Program-made: the position numbers and the translations under genes | The notes under the pieces: model-generated | Databases searched by the model: none | What the model was told of the DNA's origin: nothing | What the model saw: the letters and a program-made list of their open reading frames with translations, nothing else | In this document: piece after piece, positions 9,070-18,125 of the stretch | Position numbering within the stretch: position 1 is the first letter of the stretch | How the letters are laid out: each line of letters begins with the position of its first letter | Source: Trueperaceae bacterium | GTDB lineage: Bacteria > Deinococcota > Deinococci > Deinococcales > Trueperaceae | Assembly (NCBI GenBank): GCA_965213705.1 | Contig: OZ243913.1 | Span: 4,160,001-4,224,000, forward strand | Length of the DNA stretch: 64,000 nt | Direction: 5' to 3'

Positions 9070-9357
9070 TTAGTTGAGAGGGTCATCCGACTGACCCCGC
9101 TGATACTCTAAGAGGCGGTCAAAGGTGATACGTCGGCGTCCCCGCTGCTTAGCGCCATGAGAGCGCAAGATGGCGTAGGCTTCGTGCTTCGAATAGCCAA
9201 ACTCCTGTTGCAATTGCTCGGCATCGTAGATAAGCCGGGCGACATGAAAGGTACTCGCTTGTTGGGTTTGCTTGAAATCTCTGAAGTCGCTGCGCAACGC
9301 TCTCAACTCTTGCATCAGGGGCTCGAGCAGCTTGGCGAAGGCAGCTTCAAGACTCAT
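9070..9357 (-). CDS. Excisionase-like protein (coiled coil + wHTH)
   Basis: MSLEAAFAKLLEPL... then IYDAEQLQQEFGYSKHEAYAIL...RRRITFDRLLEY. AGGAG RBS. Confidence 0.6.
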   Translation of the reverse strand: MSLEAAFAKLLEPLMQELRALRSDFRDFKQTQQASTFHVARLIYDAEQLQQEFGYSKHEAYAILRSHGAKQRGRRRITFDRLLEYQRGQSDDPLN

Positions 9358-9568
9358 AGACTTTTTCTCCTTTGGGACGTGCCGTAAGGTCGAGATCGAC
9401 AGCAACTAATATCTTGGTGGCGGTGTCTATTGTGATCGAACCTATACCGTTCTTGGCGCGTCTTGCCGTTTCGTAAGAAACGCCTGCCTCCTCGGCAAGC
9501 CTCATAGGCGACCAGCCGCGCAGCCCCAGTTCCTTTTGTAGAACCTCTGCCAGTGTCTCTTTCTTCAC
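9347..9568 (-). CDS. Cro-like Xre HTH regulator
   Basis: RGWSPMRLAEEAGVSYETARRA...ITIDTATKIL. Divergent from the repressor. Confidence 0.8.
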   Translation of the reverse strand: MKKETLAEVLQKELGLRGWSPMRLAEEAGVSYETARRAKNGIGSITIDTATKILVAVDLDLTARPKGEKVYES

Positions 9569-9574
9569 ACAAAT

Positions 9575-9620
9575 ATGTTAGTGCAGAGCTATTGACATGT
9601 CAAGACTAATTTACTAGTAT
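9575..9620. promoter_or_regulatory. Overlapping divergent promoters sharing the palindrome TTGACATGTCAA
   Basis: Plus strand: TTGACA 9592-9597, 17 nt, TAGTAT 9615-9620. Minus strand: TTGACA 9603-9598, 17 nt, TAACAT 9580-9575, 6 nt, GTG at 9568. Confidence 0.75.
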
Positions 9621-9665
9621 AAATATAGCTGTAGCAACTCTTTAGTAGAACTGGAGTTTCTAGCT

Positions 9666-10469
9666 ATGCCTTCGACAGCCAATTCCACCAGCGCAGAGCT
9701 TAAAACGCCGCGTCCAAAGTACGGAGAGGTGCTTGCTCTAAGGCGTGAGGAGGTGGGTTTCGCGAGGCAAATTGAGGTTTCTCAGCGCTCGCTCGAACTT
9801 GCTGCTGAAGCTACTGAACACTTCGAGTCTTTTAGCCAACAGTGGCTCTCACGCCTCGAGGCAGACCAGACAGGCGAACGAATCGATGCGGCGAACCGGC
9901 GTAAACTCCGCACCCTTTCTTACCTGCTGGGCTGGAATAGCTTTGACTTCGAGCATCATGTCGGCATTCCAGTGGGGACGGTACCGGGCTTGGGAGAGGT
10001 TGGCGAGAATAAGGTCGTCACCTTTAGAGAGCGTGGTGACGACCCGAGTAGCTTACGCGTGCGCATTCCTGTTTACTCGAGTATAGCTGCCGGGGTCAAA
10101 AGCTTCACAAAGGACGAGACCCCGCCGAGCTACCACTATTTCGAGCCAGATGAGCTACCTAAAGGTGTCAATCCAAACAAGCTCTATCTCGTATGCGCTA
10201 CGGACACAAGTCTGTATGAGGTGAACCTGGTATTTCCTGTGCCGGAAGGTGCCCGACTCCTTATCGAGACGGGTAGACCGCCGAAAGAAGGTCAACTGGT
10301 TATCGCTTACCTTCCTGAGTTGGATATAGGTGTCATCAGACAGCACCAAAGCCAGGCGAGGGAGGTGATTTTGCGTAGTTATCGCGTAGGTGGCCCTGTG
10401 TTCTGGGCGAGCGGACATCCCGAACTGAGGGTCGAAGGCATCGTGCGGCTCGTGAGTTACGAGCCTTGA
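9666..10469 (+). CDS. CI/LexA-like repressor (HTH + S24-like domain)
   Basis: N-terminal HTH (FSQQWLSRLE), IPVYSSIAAG cleavage-site region, and an S24-like C-terminus ending LRVEGIVRLV. Confidence 0.75.
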   Translation: MPSTANSTSAELKTPRPKYGEVLALRREEVGFARQIEVSQRSLELAAEATEHFESFSQQWLSRLEADQTGERIDAANRRKLRTLSYLLGWNSFDFEHHVGIPVGTVPGLGEVGENKVVTFRERGDDPSSLRVRIPVYSSIAAGVKSFTKDETPPSYHYFEPDELPKGVNPNKLYLVCATDTSLYEVNLVFPVPEGARLLIETGRPPKEGQLVIAYLPELDIGVIRQHQSQAREVILRSYRVGGPVFWASGHPELRVEGIVRLVSYEP

Positions 10470-11581
10470 GGAGGCTAGCGGTGGGTCGGAATGCACCAGG
10501 TGAAGGACAAGCTCCCCACAAATGGCGGGGCAAGTGGCGCGGAAGTATTTTTGTCAATTACGACGAGAAAGGGAAACAAAAACGCAAATACTGCTACGGA
10601 AAAACCCGCGAAGACTGCTTGACAAAGTGGAACGCTTTAAAGCGCCAACAACAAGACGGCACGCTGCCCACGGGACCAAGCTTAACTGTGAAACAGTGGT
10701 TCGACCACTGGCTGCAAGTCAAAGACAAGGAGATAAGTTCACGTACCTTGGAAGACTACGGCTACACGCTGAGACACATCCTTCCCCACATCGGCCGGAC
10801 CAAGCTTGATAAACTGACACCTTTGCAGGTTCAACGTATGCAGCTGGCTGTTGCAGATGCAGTCAGTGCTCGAGCCGCGGTGCAAGCACGAGGCCTTGTC
10901 CATAACGCCCTCGACGACGCTCTAAAGCTCGGTCTCGTGGCGCGCAACGTCGTGGCAGCGGTTGCTCCGGTCAAGTACGAAAAGCCCGAATTTCAGATTT
11001 GGACGGCTGCGGAAGTTGTGAGATTTTTAGAGTTCGCCAAAGCCTCACCCTACTACTCCCTTTACTACACAGCCTTGACCCTCGGTATGCGTCCTGGTGA
11101 ACTTATCGCTCTGCACTGGGACGACATAGCCGGCACCAAGGTGCATGTGAGGCACAACGTTTCCATCATTAAAAACAAGCCCGTTTTGGGTGCGCCCAAG
11201 ACCAAGCGGGGCAACCGTATCCTCACGCTGCCGGACGATACTTTAGAAGTTCTAAAACAGCACCGAGAAGCCTTGGCACAAGACAGGTGTGACAGCCCAC
11301 TCGTCTTTCCAAGCCGCACGGGCGGCTTTTTGCAGCACGGCAACCTGCTGCGCACCCTGCGCCTTTACAGTGAACGTGCCGAGGTTACACAAGTGCGGAT
11401 GCACGATTTGCGCCACACTTACGCTTCGATGCGGATTGCTCACGGGGCAGACATTGTCAGGCTATCCCGAGACTTGGGTCATGCCAACGCTAGCTTTACA
11501 CTGGATGTTTACGCCCACCTGTTCACAAAGCATCAGCAACATGAGGCACCCTCGCTCAACGAACTAGTGGGGATGGTTTGA
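10466..11581 (+). CDS. Tyrosine recombinase/integrase
   Basis: N-terminal arm-binding domain and catalytic residues GMRPGE (R), PKT (K), HDLRH, LGHA and DVYAH. Adjacent to the tRNA 3' end. Confidence 0.95.
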   Translation: MRRLAVGRNAPGEGQAPHKWRGKWRGSIFVNYDEKGKQKRKYCYGKTREDCLTKWNALKRQQQDGTLPTGPSLTVKQWFDHWLQVKDKEISSRTLEDYGYTLRHILPHIGRTKLDKLTPLQVQRMQLAVADAVSARAAVQARGLVHNALDDALKLGLVARNVVAAVAPVKYEKPEFQIWTAAEVVRFLEFAKASPYYSLYYTALTLGMRPGELIALHWDDIAGTKVHVRHNVSIIKNKPVLGAPKTKRGNRILTLPDDTLEVLKQHREALAQDRCDSPLVFPSRTGGFLQHGNLLRTLRLYSERAEVTQVRMHDLRHTYASMRIAHGADIVRLSRDLGHANASFTLDVYAHLFTKHQQHEAPSLNELVGMV

Positions 11582-11608
11582 ACTTTTAACTGGCTAGTGG
11601 GTATATCA

Positions 11609-11642
11609 GTGGGTATTTCGGTGAATTCACCGAAATACCCAC
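11609..11642. repeat. Perfect 34-bp palindrome in the att region
   Basis: gtgggtatttcggtgaa|ttcaccgaaatacccac. Direct repeats agtgggtat at 11596 and 11608. Confidence 0.9.
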
Positions 11643-11681
11643 AAAAAGCCCTCTGAGTTTTTTCGTCTCAGAGGGCTTTTT
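11643..11681. terminator. Bidirectional intrinsic terminator between int and tRNA
   Basis: aaaaagccctctgag-N9-ctcagagggcttttt. Confidence 0.85.
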
Positions 11682-11683
11682 CC

Positions 11684-11760
11684 TGGTGGGCCCTGGGGGA
11701 CTTGAACCCACGACCAATCGATTATGAGTCGACTGCTCTAACCAACTGAGCTAAGGGCCC
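11684..11760 (-). tRNA. ileX: tRNA-Ile2 (anticodon CAU, lysidine type)
   Basis: GGGCCCTTAGCTCAGTTGGTTAGAGCAGTCGACTCATAATCGATTGGTCGTGGGTTCAAGTCCCCCAGGGCCCACCA folds as a cloverleaf with encoded CCA and an Ile2-like body. Confidence 0.9.
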
Positions 11761-11928
11761 GCGTAACAGCGCGCACAGCCGCGACGGGCAAGTTCGCCGA
11801 CGGGGAACGGGCTCGAGCGCGGTTTTCGCCCCGGCAGTATAGCACCTCCCGCCGCGCGAATCGGTTACGGCGAACCGGGCGTAGCGAACCGGGCGGTTTC
11901 ACTGACCCCAGCGTGCTACTTTGGCGCT

Positions 11929-12960
11929 GTGTCCGCCGTTTTGTCGCTCGCCGACGTAACCTCCGCCCAAAACGCCCTGCCCAGTTTTACGCCGCCGCCC
12001 CGCTTCGGTTTGACCACGTTTGCGGGTTACCGTCCGCAGCACCCCAGCCAGCAAGAAGCCCTGGCGCGGACCGAACGGTTTGTGGCCGCCGCGACCGAAG
12101 CCGAGGCTTTTCGCTGGCCCTGGCAAAACCCGGCACAGGGCAAGGGCTTGTACTTGGACGGCGGTTTCGGCGTGGGTAAAACGCACCTGCTGGCCGCCGC
12201 CTACAGCGCTTGCGAGGTAGCCGCCGACCAGAAACTGTACACCTCGTTCGCCGAACTCGTCCACGTTATCGGCGTGTTGGGTGTGGCGGAGGCCAAAGAG
12301 AAGTTGGGTGCGCGCAAACTGTACTGCGTCGACGAGTTCGAACTCGACGACCCCGGCAACACCCTCATCGTAAAGACGTTTTTGGCGCACGTGTTCGGGC
12401 GTGGCGGCTGCGTCATTACAACCTCGAACACGCCGCCCGAGGCGCAGGGACAGGGGCGCTTCAACGCCGAAGACTTTAAGCGCGAAATCCAGAGCGTCGC
12501 CGAACGGTTCGAGACGGTGCGAGTTGCGGGGCCGGACTACCGCCAGCGCGACCGCGTCGCCGCGTTGTTGAGCGGGACGGAGTTGGCAAGGCTCGAGACC
12601 CTCGAGACAGCCGCCAAACCCAAAGTCCACGCAGGCTGGTCGGAACTGCTCGAGACCCTGCGCGCCACCCACCCGGTCCGCTACGGGGCGCTGCTGGCGC
12701 AAATAGGCGTTCTTTACGTCGAGGGGGTCGCCCCCATCCCGGAGCAAAACGACGCGCTGAGGTTCGTACACTTCGTCGACAAACTCTACAACTTGCAGGT
12801 CGGGCTGAGGTTGGCGGGGGAAGGTGCGCTCGAGCACCTGTTCGACGCGTCTTACCGCGACGGGGCCTACGCCAAAAAGCACTACCGCGCCCTGTCGCGA
12901 ATCTCGGAACTGCTCGAGGAAAAGTTCAGCGACGAACAACCCGCAGCGAGCGCGCCGTAG
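11929..12960 (+). CDS. zapE: AFG1/ZapE-family ATPase
   Basis: GLYLDGGFGVGKTHL, CVDEFELDDPG, TTSN, ALRFVHFVDKLY, RALSR. Confidence 0.9.
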   Translation: MSAVLSLADVTSAQNALPSFTPPPRFGLTTFAGYRPQHPSQQEALARTERFVAAATEAEAFRWPWQNPAQGKGLYLDGGFGVGKTHLLAAAYSACEVAADQKLYTSFAELVHVIGVLGVAEAKEKLGARKLYCVDEFELDDPGNTLIVKTFLAHVFGRGGCVITTSNTPPEAQGQGRFNAEDFKREIQSVAERFETVRVAGPDYRQRDRVAALLSGTELARLETLETAAKPKVHAGWSELLETLRATHPVRYGALLAQIGVLYVEGVAPIPEQNDALRFVHFVDKLYNLQVGLRLAGEGALEHLFDASYRDGAYAKKHYRALSRISELLEEKFSDEQPAASAP

Positions 12961-12974
12961 GAACAAGCAAAAAC

Positions 12975-14159
12975 CTACAGCTCGGCCCTGGTCAACAAGT
13001 CCGCCACGATGGCGCGCGTGCCGCCCGGCGCGCCCAGCCGCGTGGCGGCGCTAGCGGTGCGGACGCGCTCCTTGGCGTCGGTGAGACGGGTGCGGAGCGC
13101 GGCGGCCACCGAACAGGGGCGCGGCGCGGTGACGGTGAGGGCGTCGCCGAGCAAGCGCCGCTGGTTGCGCAAAAAAGCCGAGGTATAAAGGGGCGGCACC
13201 GGAAATGAGATCACCCCCTTGCCGAGCGCCGCCGCTTGCTCGTTGGCCGTACCCGCCGTGCCCAGCACGATTCGCGCGGTGTGGAGAACGTCGCCGAAAC
13301 GCCCCTCGTAGACGTAAACTTTTTGCTCACGGTGAGCAAAAACCGTCTTCAACCCCTCGCTGTTTGGCGGAGGCACGCTCAGGGTCCACGGCGGCGGCGG
13401 CGGTGGCAACGTGCCCCCGGCCCAGGCGACGACGCCGGTCGCTTCGGGAATGTGGGCCAGCGCGCGGAGCATCGTGTCCAGAGCGGCGGGCGCGTAGCTG
13501 CGGGTGCCGGGCAACAGCGCAACGCAAACAGGCGCGGCCCCTTGTTCAGACCCGTGTTCGGGCATAGGTGCGCCCGCCACGCCGTCCAACATCGGGTTGC
13601 CGAGGGCGCTGACGCGTTGCAAACCTGTGCGCTTCAAAAAGGCCGCCGTCGCCGCGTCGCGCACGTAGACGTGCCGCGTCAACCGCCGCATCAGTGAGCG
13701 CTCGAGGGGTCCGATACGCTCCATAAACAGCCGGTTGGGGTGCCGGAACTTTTCGCCCGGACGACCGCGGTGATAGGCGGACACGAGCGTCTGAACCATA
13801 AAGCGCGTCTGGGTCCGGACCAAGCTTGCAAGCGACAGCGCGTACACGTCGCCGACGATGACGAGGACGTCGGTCTCGAGCCGCCGCAACGCAACTATTT
13901 GGTCGGCCGTCACGGCCAAAAATCCGGCACGCAGGTCCGCCAGCAACAGCTCCAAGCCGTGCATCGTCAGACCGCCGCTCGGTAGGACGCGGCGGGGGCC
14001 GAGGACGGGGACGTCCAGGCGGTCGTAAGCGCGGCCTTCGTCCACCGTGGGAAAAGCTTGAACTTGCAGGCCCGGACGCCGCCTCAAAAGCTCCTCGGCG
14101 AGAAGTGCGCCCACGGCGTCCTCGCCGTGTCCGTTTGAGAGAAACGTTACGGTAGGCAC
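12975..14159 (-). CDS. Lipid-A-disaccharide synthase-related glycosyltransferase
   Basis: LSNGHGED, LPSGG, LGNPMLD, LLPGTR, GTAGTANEQ. Confidence 0.85.
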   Translation of the reverse strand: MPTVTFLSNGHGEDAVGALLAEELLRRRPGLQVQAFPTVDEGRAYDRLDVPVLGPRRVLPSGGLTMHGLELLLADLRAGFLAVTADQIVALRRLETDVLVIVGDVYALSLASLVRTQTRFMVQTLVSAYHRGRPGEKFRHPNRLFMERIGPLERSLMRRLTRHVYVRDAATAAFLKRTGLQRVSALGNPMLDGVAGAPMPEHGSEQGAAPVCVALLPGTRSYAPAALDTMLRALAHIPEATGVVAWAGGTLPPPPPPWTLSVPPPNSEGLKTVFAHREQKVYVYEGRFGDVLHTARIVLGTAGTANEQAAALGKGVISFPVPPLYTSAFLRNQRRLLGDALTVTAPRPCSVAAALRTRLTDAKERVRTASAATRLGAPGGTRAIVADLLTRAEL

Positions 14160-14440
14160 GTCAACGCCGCCCGGTGCTGAAAAGTGTCACGCCACAGTTT
14201 ACAGGGACCTGGTTGCAGCGGCTCAAAGACGCAGGATTGCGCAAAAACACAGAGGTCCGGCAAAGGTCTCGTCTCTCAAAACTAGGTATCGTCGTGAGCG
14301 TCCGACACCGGAGACCAAACCTGAAAACGGCGCTCGAGCAACCCCCTTTTGCAGAACTGGACCCAGGAAAGTCTTTCAGCTCTCAGGCTGCACGGCCGAT
14401 ACAAGGACAGCCGACATAAGGACAAAGGCTGCGACAGCGC

Positions 14441-15064
14441 CTACTCGTCGACCGGGCACGTTTTTACGGCCCAAACGGCGTACAGCGGGTCGCTGGCTTG
14501 GGGCGTGTGCTGCCGGGTCGCGACCGGCCCGAAGTGCGGCGCTTGCTTGAAGTAACTTTCAACCAGGCGCAGGTGCGCTTCGTCGTTCGAAGCGCGCCAC
14601 GCGAGGACGGCTTTGGTCGGAAACATGCGGTTTGAAAAGGCCACGACAAAGGGCGCACCCGGTTTTAGAACGCGCGCCACCTCCGAAAACGTGTCGTCGG
14701 GGCGGGTCATGTACTGAATGCTCACGGTACAAACCACGCCGTCGAAGCTGTTGTCTGCAAAAGGCAGCCGGGCTACACGGTTGATGTCTTGGACGACGGC
14801 TTCGTCGACGAGCTTGTTTTCGACCAACTCGGTGCGGTTGAGGCCCAGCCCCACCACGCGGTTGAACTTGTCGGGCAAGTGTGAGTGATAACTCGACATG
14901 AGGTCGAGGACGTTCCCCCCGGCGGGCAACAGCTCGTTGTAAAGACGTTCCGCCGCCCGTGACGCCCCCTCATCTATGTGCTTGACGCGCCGCGGCTCGG
15001 TGTAAAAGAGTGGGTCGGGGCGTTCGTCCAAGCGCCTGAAGAATTCGGGGAAAAGCTTGTTCAT
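14441..15064 (-). CDS. Class I SAM-dependent methyltransferase
   Basis: FYTEPRRVKHID, LDLMSS, LPFADNSFD, FSNRMFPTKA. Confidence 0.85.
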   Translation of the reverse strand: MNKLFPEFFRRLDERPDPLFYTEPRRVKHIDEGASRAAERLYNELLPAGGNVLDLMSSYHSHLPDKFNRVVGLGLNRTELVENKLVDEAVVQDINRVARLPFADNSFDGVVCTVSIQYMTRPDDTFSEVARVLKPGAPFVVAFSNRMFPTKAVLAWRASNDEAHLRLVESYFKQAPHFGPVATRQHTPQASDPLYAVWAVKTCPVDE

Positions 15065-15207
15065 AGTTTACAGCATGACTTTCAAGCGAAGTTTATGCAG
15101 CAAGCCAACACACGTTTGTTTTGTGGTTTTACCCACTATCACGATATTTCTGGGGCCTCGAGCAACCTGGACTTGTTACCTCGGGGCCGAGGCTGCCCCC
15201 TAACTGT

Positions 15208-16155
15208 TCACTCAGTCGAACCCTTATAGGTCTCGTTGTGAGTTTCTTCATAGTCGCTCAAAACGGGTTGCTGGCCCCAGGCGAGCTTGTGCCGCAGGGT
15301 ATCGAAATAGCTGCGCTGGCCCGAAGACACCAGCAAAAAGTCGGTCGGGGCGGCCGACACGGTAAAGCAGTCGCCGGGCTCGAGCGCGAGCCGTTCTTGG
15401 CTGTCGACGATTAAAGCCAACTCTTCAGCTTGCGTTTGCACCGTGCAGGTGACTTTTGAAGAACCCTCGATGACGATGGGCCGGTTGGTGAGCGTGTGCG
15501 GCGCGACCGGCGTGATGACGAAAGCGCGCAGACCCTGGCTGACGATGGGACCGCCGAGCGACAGGGTGTACGCCGTCGAGCCGACCGGCGTCGACACGAC
15601 GAGGCTGTCGGCGCGGTACTGCGTGGCGTGCCGGCCGTCGACGCTCAGGTCCAGGTCGAGCAGCCGGGTCATCACGCCCTGACCGATAAACACCTCGTTC
15701 AGCGCGTAGTGGTGGTCGTCGGAACCGTTCAGCGCGACCTGCAACATCATCTTGGGGCTGAAGTGCCAGCCGTCTGGGGCCGCGCCGGCCAGGTAAGCCC
15801 GCACCTCCGCGGGACTATGCTCTGCCAAAAACCCGAGCTTGCCCAGGTTGACGCCCAGCGTCGGGGTGAGGGTGCCGACGAGTCGGCGCGCGGTCGCCAG
15901 CAGCGTGCCGTCGCCGCCGACGGCGATGATGAGGTTGGCGTTTTTGGCGGTCTCTGCCAAGGGTGCGGTTCCGGGCAAGTCGAGGGTGACGTCGACACCC
16001 AACCCGCGCAAAGACTCGGCGAGTTCGCTCGCCAAAGGGTGCGCGACCGGTTTGAAGCGGCTGCTCGTCACCACGACGCGCTTGAGGTGCGCGGCGGGTG
16101 TGGCGAATTCCGCCACGTCAACCGGCTCGCTGGGCTTGCACGCTTTGCAAGACAT
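15208..16155 (-). CDS. nadK: NAD(+) kinase
   Basis: GGDGTLL, GVNLGKLGFL, ALNE, STPVGSTAY.LSLGGP. Confidence 0.93.
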   Translation of the reverse strand: MSCKACKPSEPVDVAEFATPAAHLKRVVVTSSRFKPVAHPLASELAESLRGLGVDVTLDLPGTAPLAETAKNANLIIAVGGDGTLLATARRLVGTLTPTLGVNLGKLGFLAEHSPAEVRAYLAGAAPDGWHFSPKMMLQVALNGSDDHHYALNEVFIGQGVMTRLLDLDLSVDGRHATQYRADSLVVSTPVGSTAYTLSLGGPIVSQGLRAFVITPVAPHTLTNRPIVIEGSSKVTCTVQTQAEELALIVDSQERLALEPGDCFTVSAAPTDFLLVSSGQRSYFDTLRHKLAWGQQPVLSDYEETHNETYKGSTE

Positions 16156-16789
16156 GCTCGACGACGCCCTGAAGCGTCAGCCCGCCGGTTTCGACGAGTT
16201 GGGCGTCCGGGGCCGGGGCAAGCTGGGCGGCGTCCAGGCCGTCGCGCCGCCGCAGCGCCGCGGCGACGTCGGCCAGCGTGGCGGCGCGTTCGCCCACCCG
16301 GCGCGTGGCGCGCACCTCGGCGGGCGCGGTGAGGTAGAACTTGTGCGTGGCCGCCGGAAACACCACCGAGCCCATGTCCCGGCCTTCGATAACGAACGAA
16401 CCCGCCACGTCGCGCAGCCGCTCGCGCACCCAGTCCCGAACGCGCGGGTGTTTCGCCACCGCCGAGACGTTCTCGTCCACGTCGTCGGTGTGGAGGGCGG
16501 CGCTCACGTCCGCGCCGCCGACGAGCACGCGGTTGGGCTGGACGGGCAGGGCTTGCAAGACGACGTGGCGTGCGTTCAGCAGCGCGAGCACCGCCGCCTC
16601 GTCGTCCGGGTCTGTTTCGGCTTCTAAGACGAGCAGCGTCGCCGCCCGGTAAAGCAGGCCGCTCGAGACAAACGGGACGTGGAGCGCGTCCGCCACCGCC
16701 CGCGCCACGCTCGACTTGCCCGAGGCCGCGGGTCCGTCGATGGTGATGATGAGGGGTTGCGGTAAAGAGTGCTGCAGGTTTTCCTTCAC
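16118..16789 (-). CDS. cmk: Cytidylate kinase
   Basis: ITIDGPAASGKSS, SGLLYRA, EGRDMGSVVFP. Confidence 0.95.
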   Translation of the reverse strand: MKENLQHSLPQPLIITIDGPAASGKSSVARAVADALHVPFVSSGLLYRAATLLVLEAETDPDDEAAVLALLNARHVVLQALPVQPNRVLVGGADVSAALHTDDVDENVSAVAKHPRVRDWVRERLRDVAGSFVIEGRDMGSVVFPAATHKFYLTAPAEVRATRRVGERAATLADVAAALRRRDGLDAAQLAPAPDAQLVETGGLTLQGVVEHVLQSVQAQRAG

Positions 16790-16793
16790 GCCC

Positions 16794-18080
16794 CTATTCT
16801 AACGCGCCCAAAACCTCAAAAAACTCAGGGAACGTCTTGGCGACGCAGGCGGGGTCGCGAATCGTCACGTTCTCCACGCGCAGACCCGCCAGCGCGAAGG
16901 CCATCGCCATGCGGTGGTCGCCGTAGGTGTTCACCTCGACCCTTTTGGGCGTCTCACGTAAAGGCTGAACGACGATAAAGTCGTCACCCTCTTCAACCTG
17001 AGCCCCGAACTTTTTCAACTCGGCGTGCAGCGCGGACAAGCGGTCGGTCTCTTTGATGCGCAGGTTCCAGACGTTCTCAATCCGCACCGGTTGGCAAGCA
17101 AAAAGCGCCACCACCGCGAGCGTCTGCGCCTGGTCGGGCATGTCGTTCAGGTCGAAGGTGCCGCCCATTAGCTCGCCCGGCGGCGGCCCGACGACCTCGC
17201 AGGTGTCGGGCGTCCAAACCACCGTGCAGCCCATTTTCTCCAGCACCTCGGCCAGCCGCTTGTCGCCCTGGACGGACGCCGCGCCGACGTTTTGGACCTT
17301 GACGCGCCCGCCGGTCACCGCCGCCGCCGCCCAGAAGTAGCCCGCCGCCATCGCGTCGCCTTCGACGAGGTAGTCCCTGGGCTCATACACCGCCGGGTGA
17401 ACGGTAAAGGTTTCGTAACCGCGGCGCTCGAGGCCCACACCGAAGTCCGCCATGAGTTTGACCGTCATGTCGATAAACGGTTTCGACTGCAACTCGCCCG
17501 TGACGCGCACCGTGACGGGATTTTCAGCGTAGGGCGCGGTCATGAGCAGGGCCGACAAGTATTGAGAAGAACGCTCGCCCGAAATCGTCGTTTCACCGCC
17601 CCTGAGTCCCGCGGCCTCGACGACGACCGGCGGGCTACCCGTTTCGAAGCGAGTGCCGGTCGTCACGCCCAAAGGCTTCAGCGCGCTCAGCAGGTCCTGG
17701 ATGGGGCGCTGCCGCATCCGTTCGGTGCCGTCCAGGACGTAGCGACCCCGGCCGAGCGCGACGAGCGCGGTGAGAAAGCGAACCGAAGTACCCGACAAGC
17801 GCAGGTCAAGTTCGACGTTCGCGTTCGGGATGCGCCCGCCCCGACCGTGAACCGTAAACGTCGTCCCGTCCACCTCGACCTCAATCCCCAAGTCGGTGAG
17901 CGCCCTGACCATCACCTCGGAGTCTTCGGCGACGAGGCCGCCGCGGAGCGTGGTGACGCCGCCGGCCAGCGCCGCGACAACAAGGGCGCGGTTGGTGAGG
18001 CTTTTCGAGCCGGGGACGCTCAAGGTCTTGTCCACGCGGACGGGGGGTTTCACGGTCAAGGTGTCGGGATAGGTGAGCAC
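16794..18080 (-). CDS. aroA: EPSP synthase
   Basis: PGSKSLTNRAL, SSQYLSALL, RIKETDR, DHRMAM. Confidence 0.96.
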   Translation of the reverse strand: MLTYPDTLTVKPPVRVDKTLSVPGSKSLTNRALVVAALAGGVTTLRGGLVAEDSEVMVRALTDLGIEVEVDGTTFTVHGRGGRIPNANVELDLRLSGTSVRFLTALVALGRGRYVLDGTERMRQRPIQDLLSALKPLGVTTGTRFETGSPPVVVEAAGLRGGETTISGERSSQYLSALLMTAPYAENPVTVRVTGELQSKPFIDMTVKLMADFGVGLERRGYETFTVHPAVYEPRDYLVEGDAMAAGYFWAAAAVTGGRVKVQNVGAASVQGDKRLAEVLEKMGCTVVWTPDTCEVVGPPPGELMGGTFDLNDMPDQAQTLAVVALFACQPVRIENVWNLRIKETDRLSALHAELKKFGAQVEEGDDFIVVQPLRETPKRVEVNTYGDHRMAMAFALAGLRVENVTIRDPACVAKTFPEFFEVLGALE

Positions 18081-18125
18081 AACCCCGGCAGGATACCACT
18101 CCCCAAGCCGTACACTGGGGTTTGC

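Larger units (their letters stand above)
1..11700. mobile_element. Integrative element (ICE/satellite-like) at tRNA-Ile2; left end outside the window
   Basis: int, repressor/cro, xis, Prim-Pol, helicase, TA and cargo genes next to the tRNA 3' end. Visibly lower GC than the flanking host genes. Confidence 0.85.

Noticed and set aside
9573..9590. Possible Deinococcus RDRM (DdrO) operator in the switch region
   Set aside because: ATATGTTAGTGCAGAG has the wrong spacing and weak symmetry compared with the 17-bp motif.
5518..11581. Calling the element a prophage
   Set aside because: No capsid, terminase, portal, tail or lysis genes are visible in the part inside this window.
17292..18125. Long N-terminal extension of the alpha/beta hydrolase ORF
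   Set aside because: Antisense to aroA. Hydrolase-like sequence begins only near 18126.
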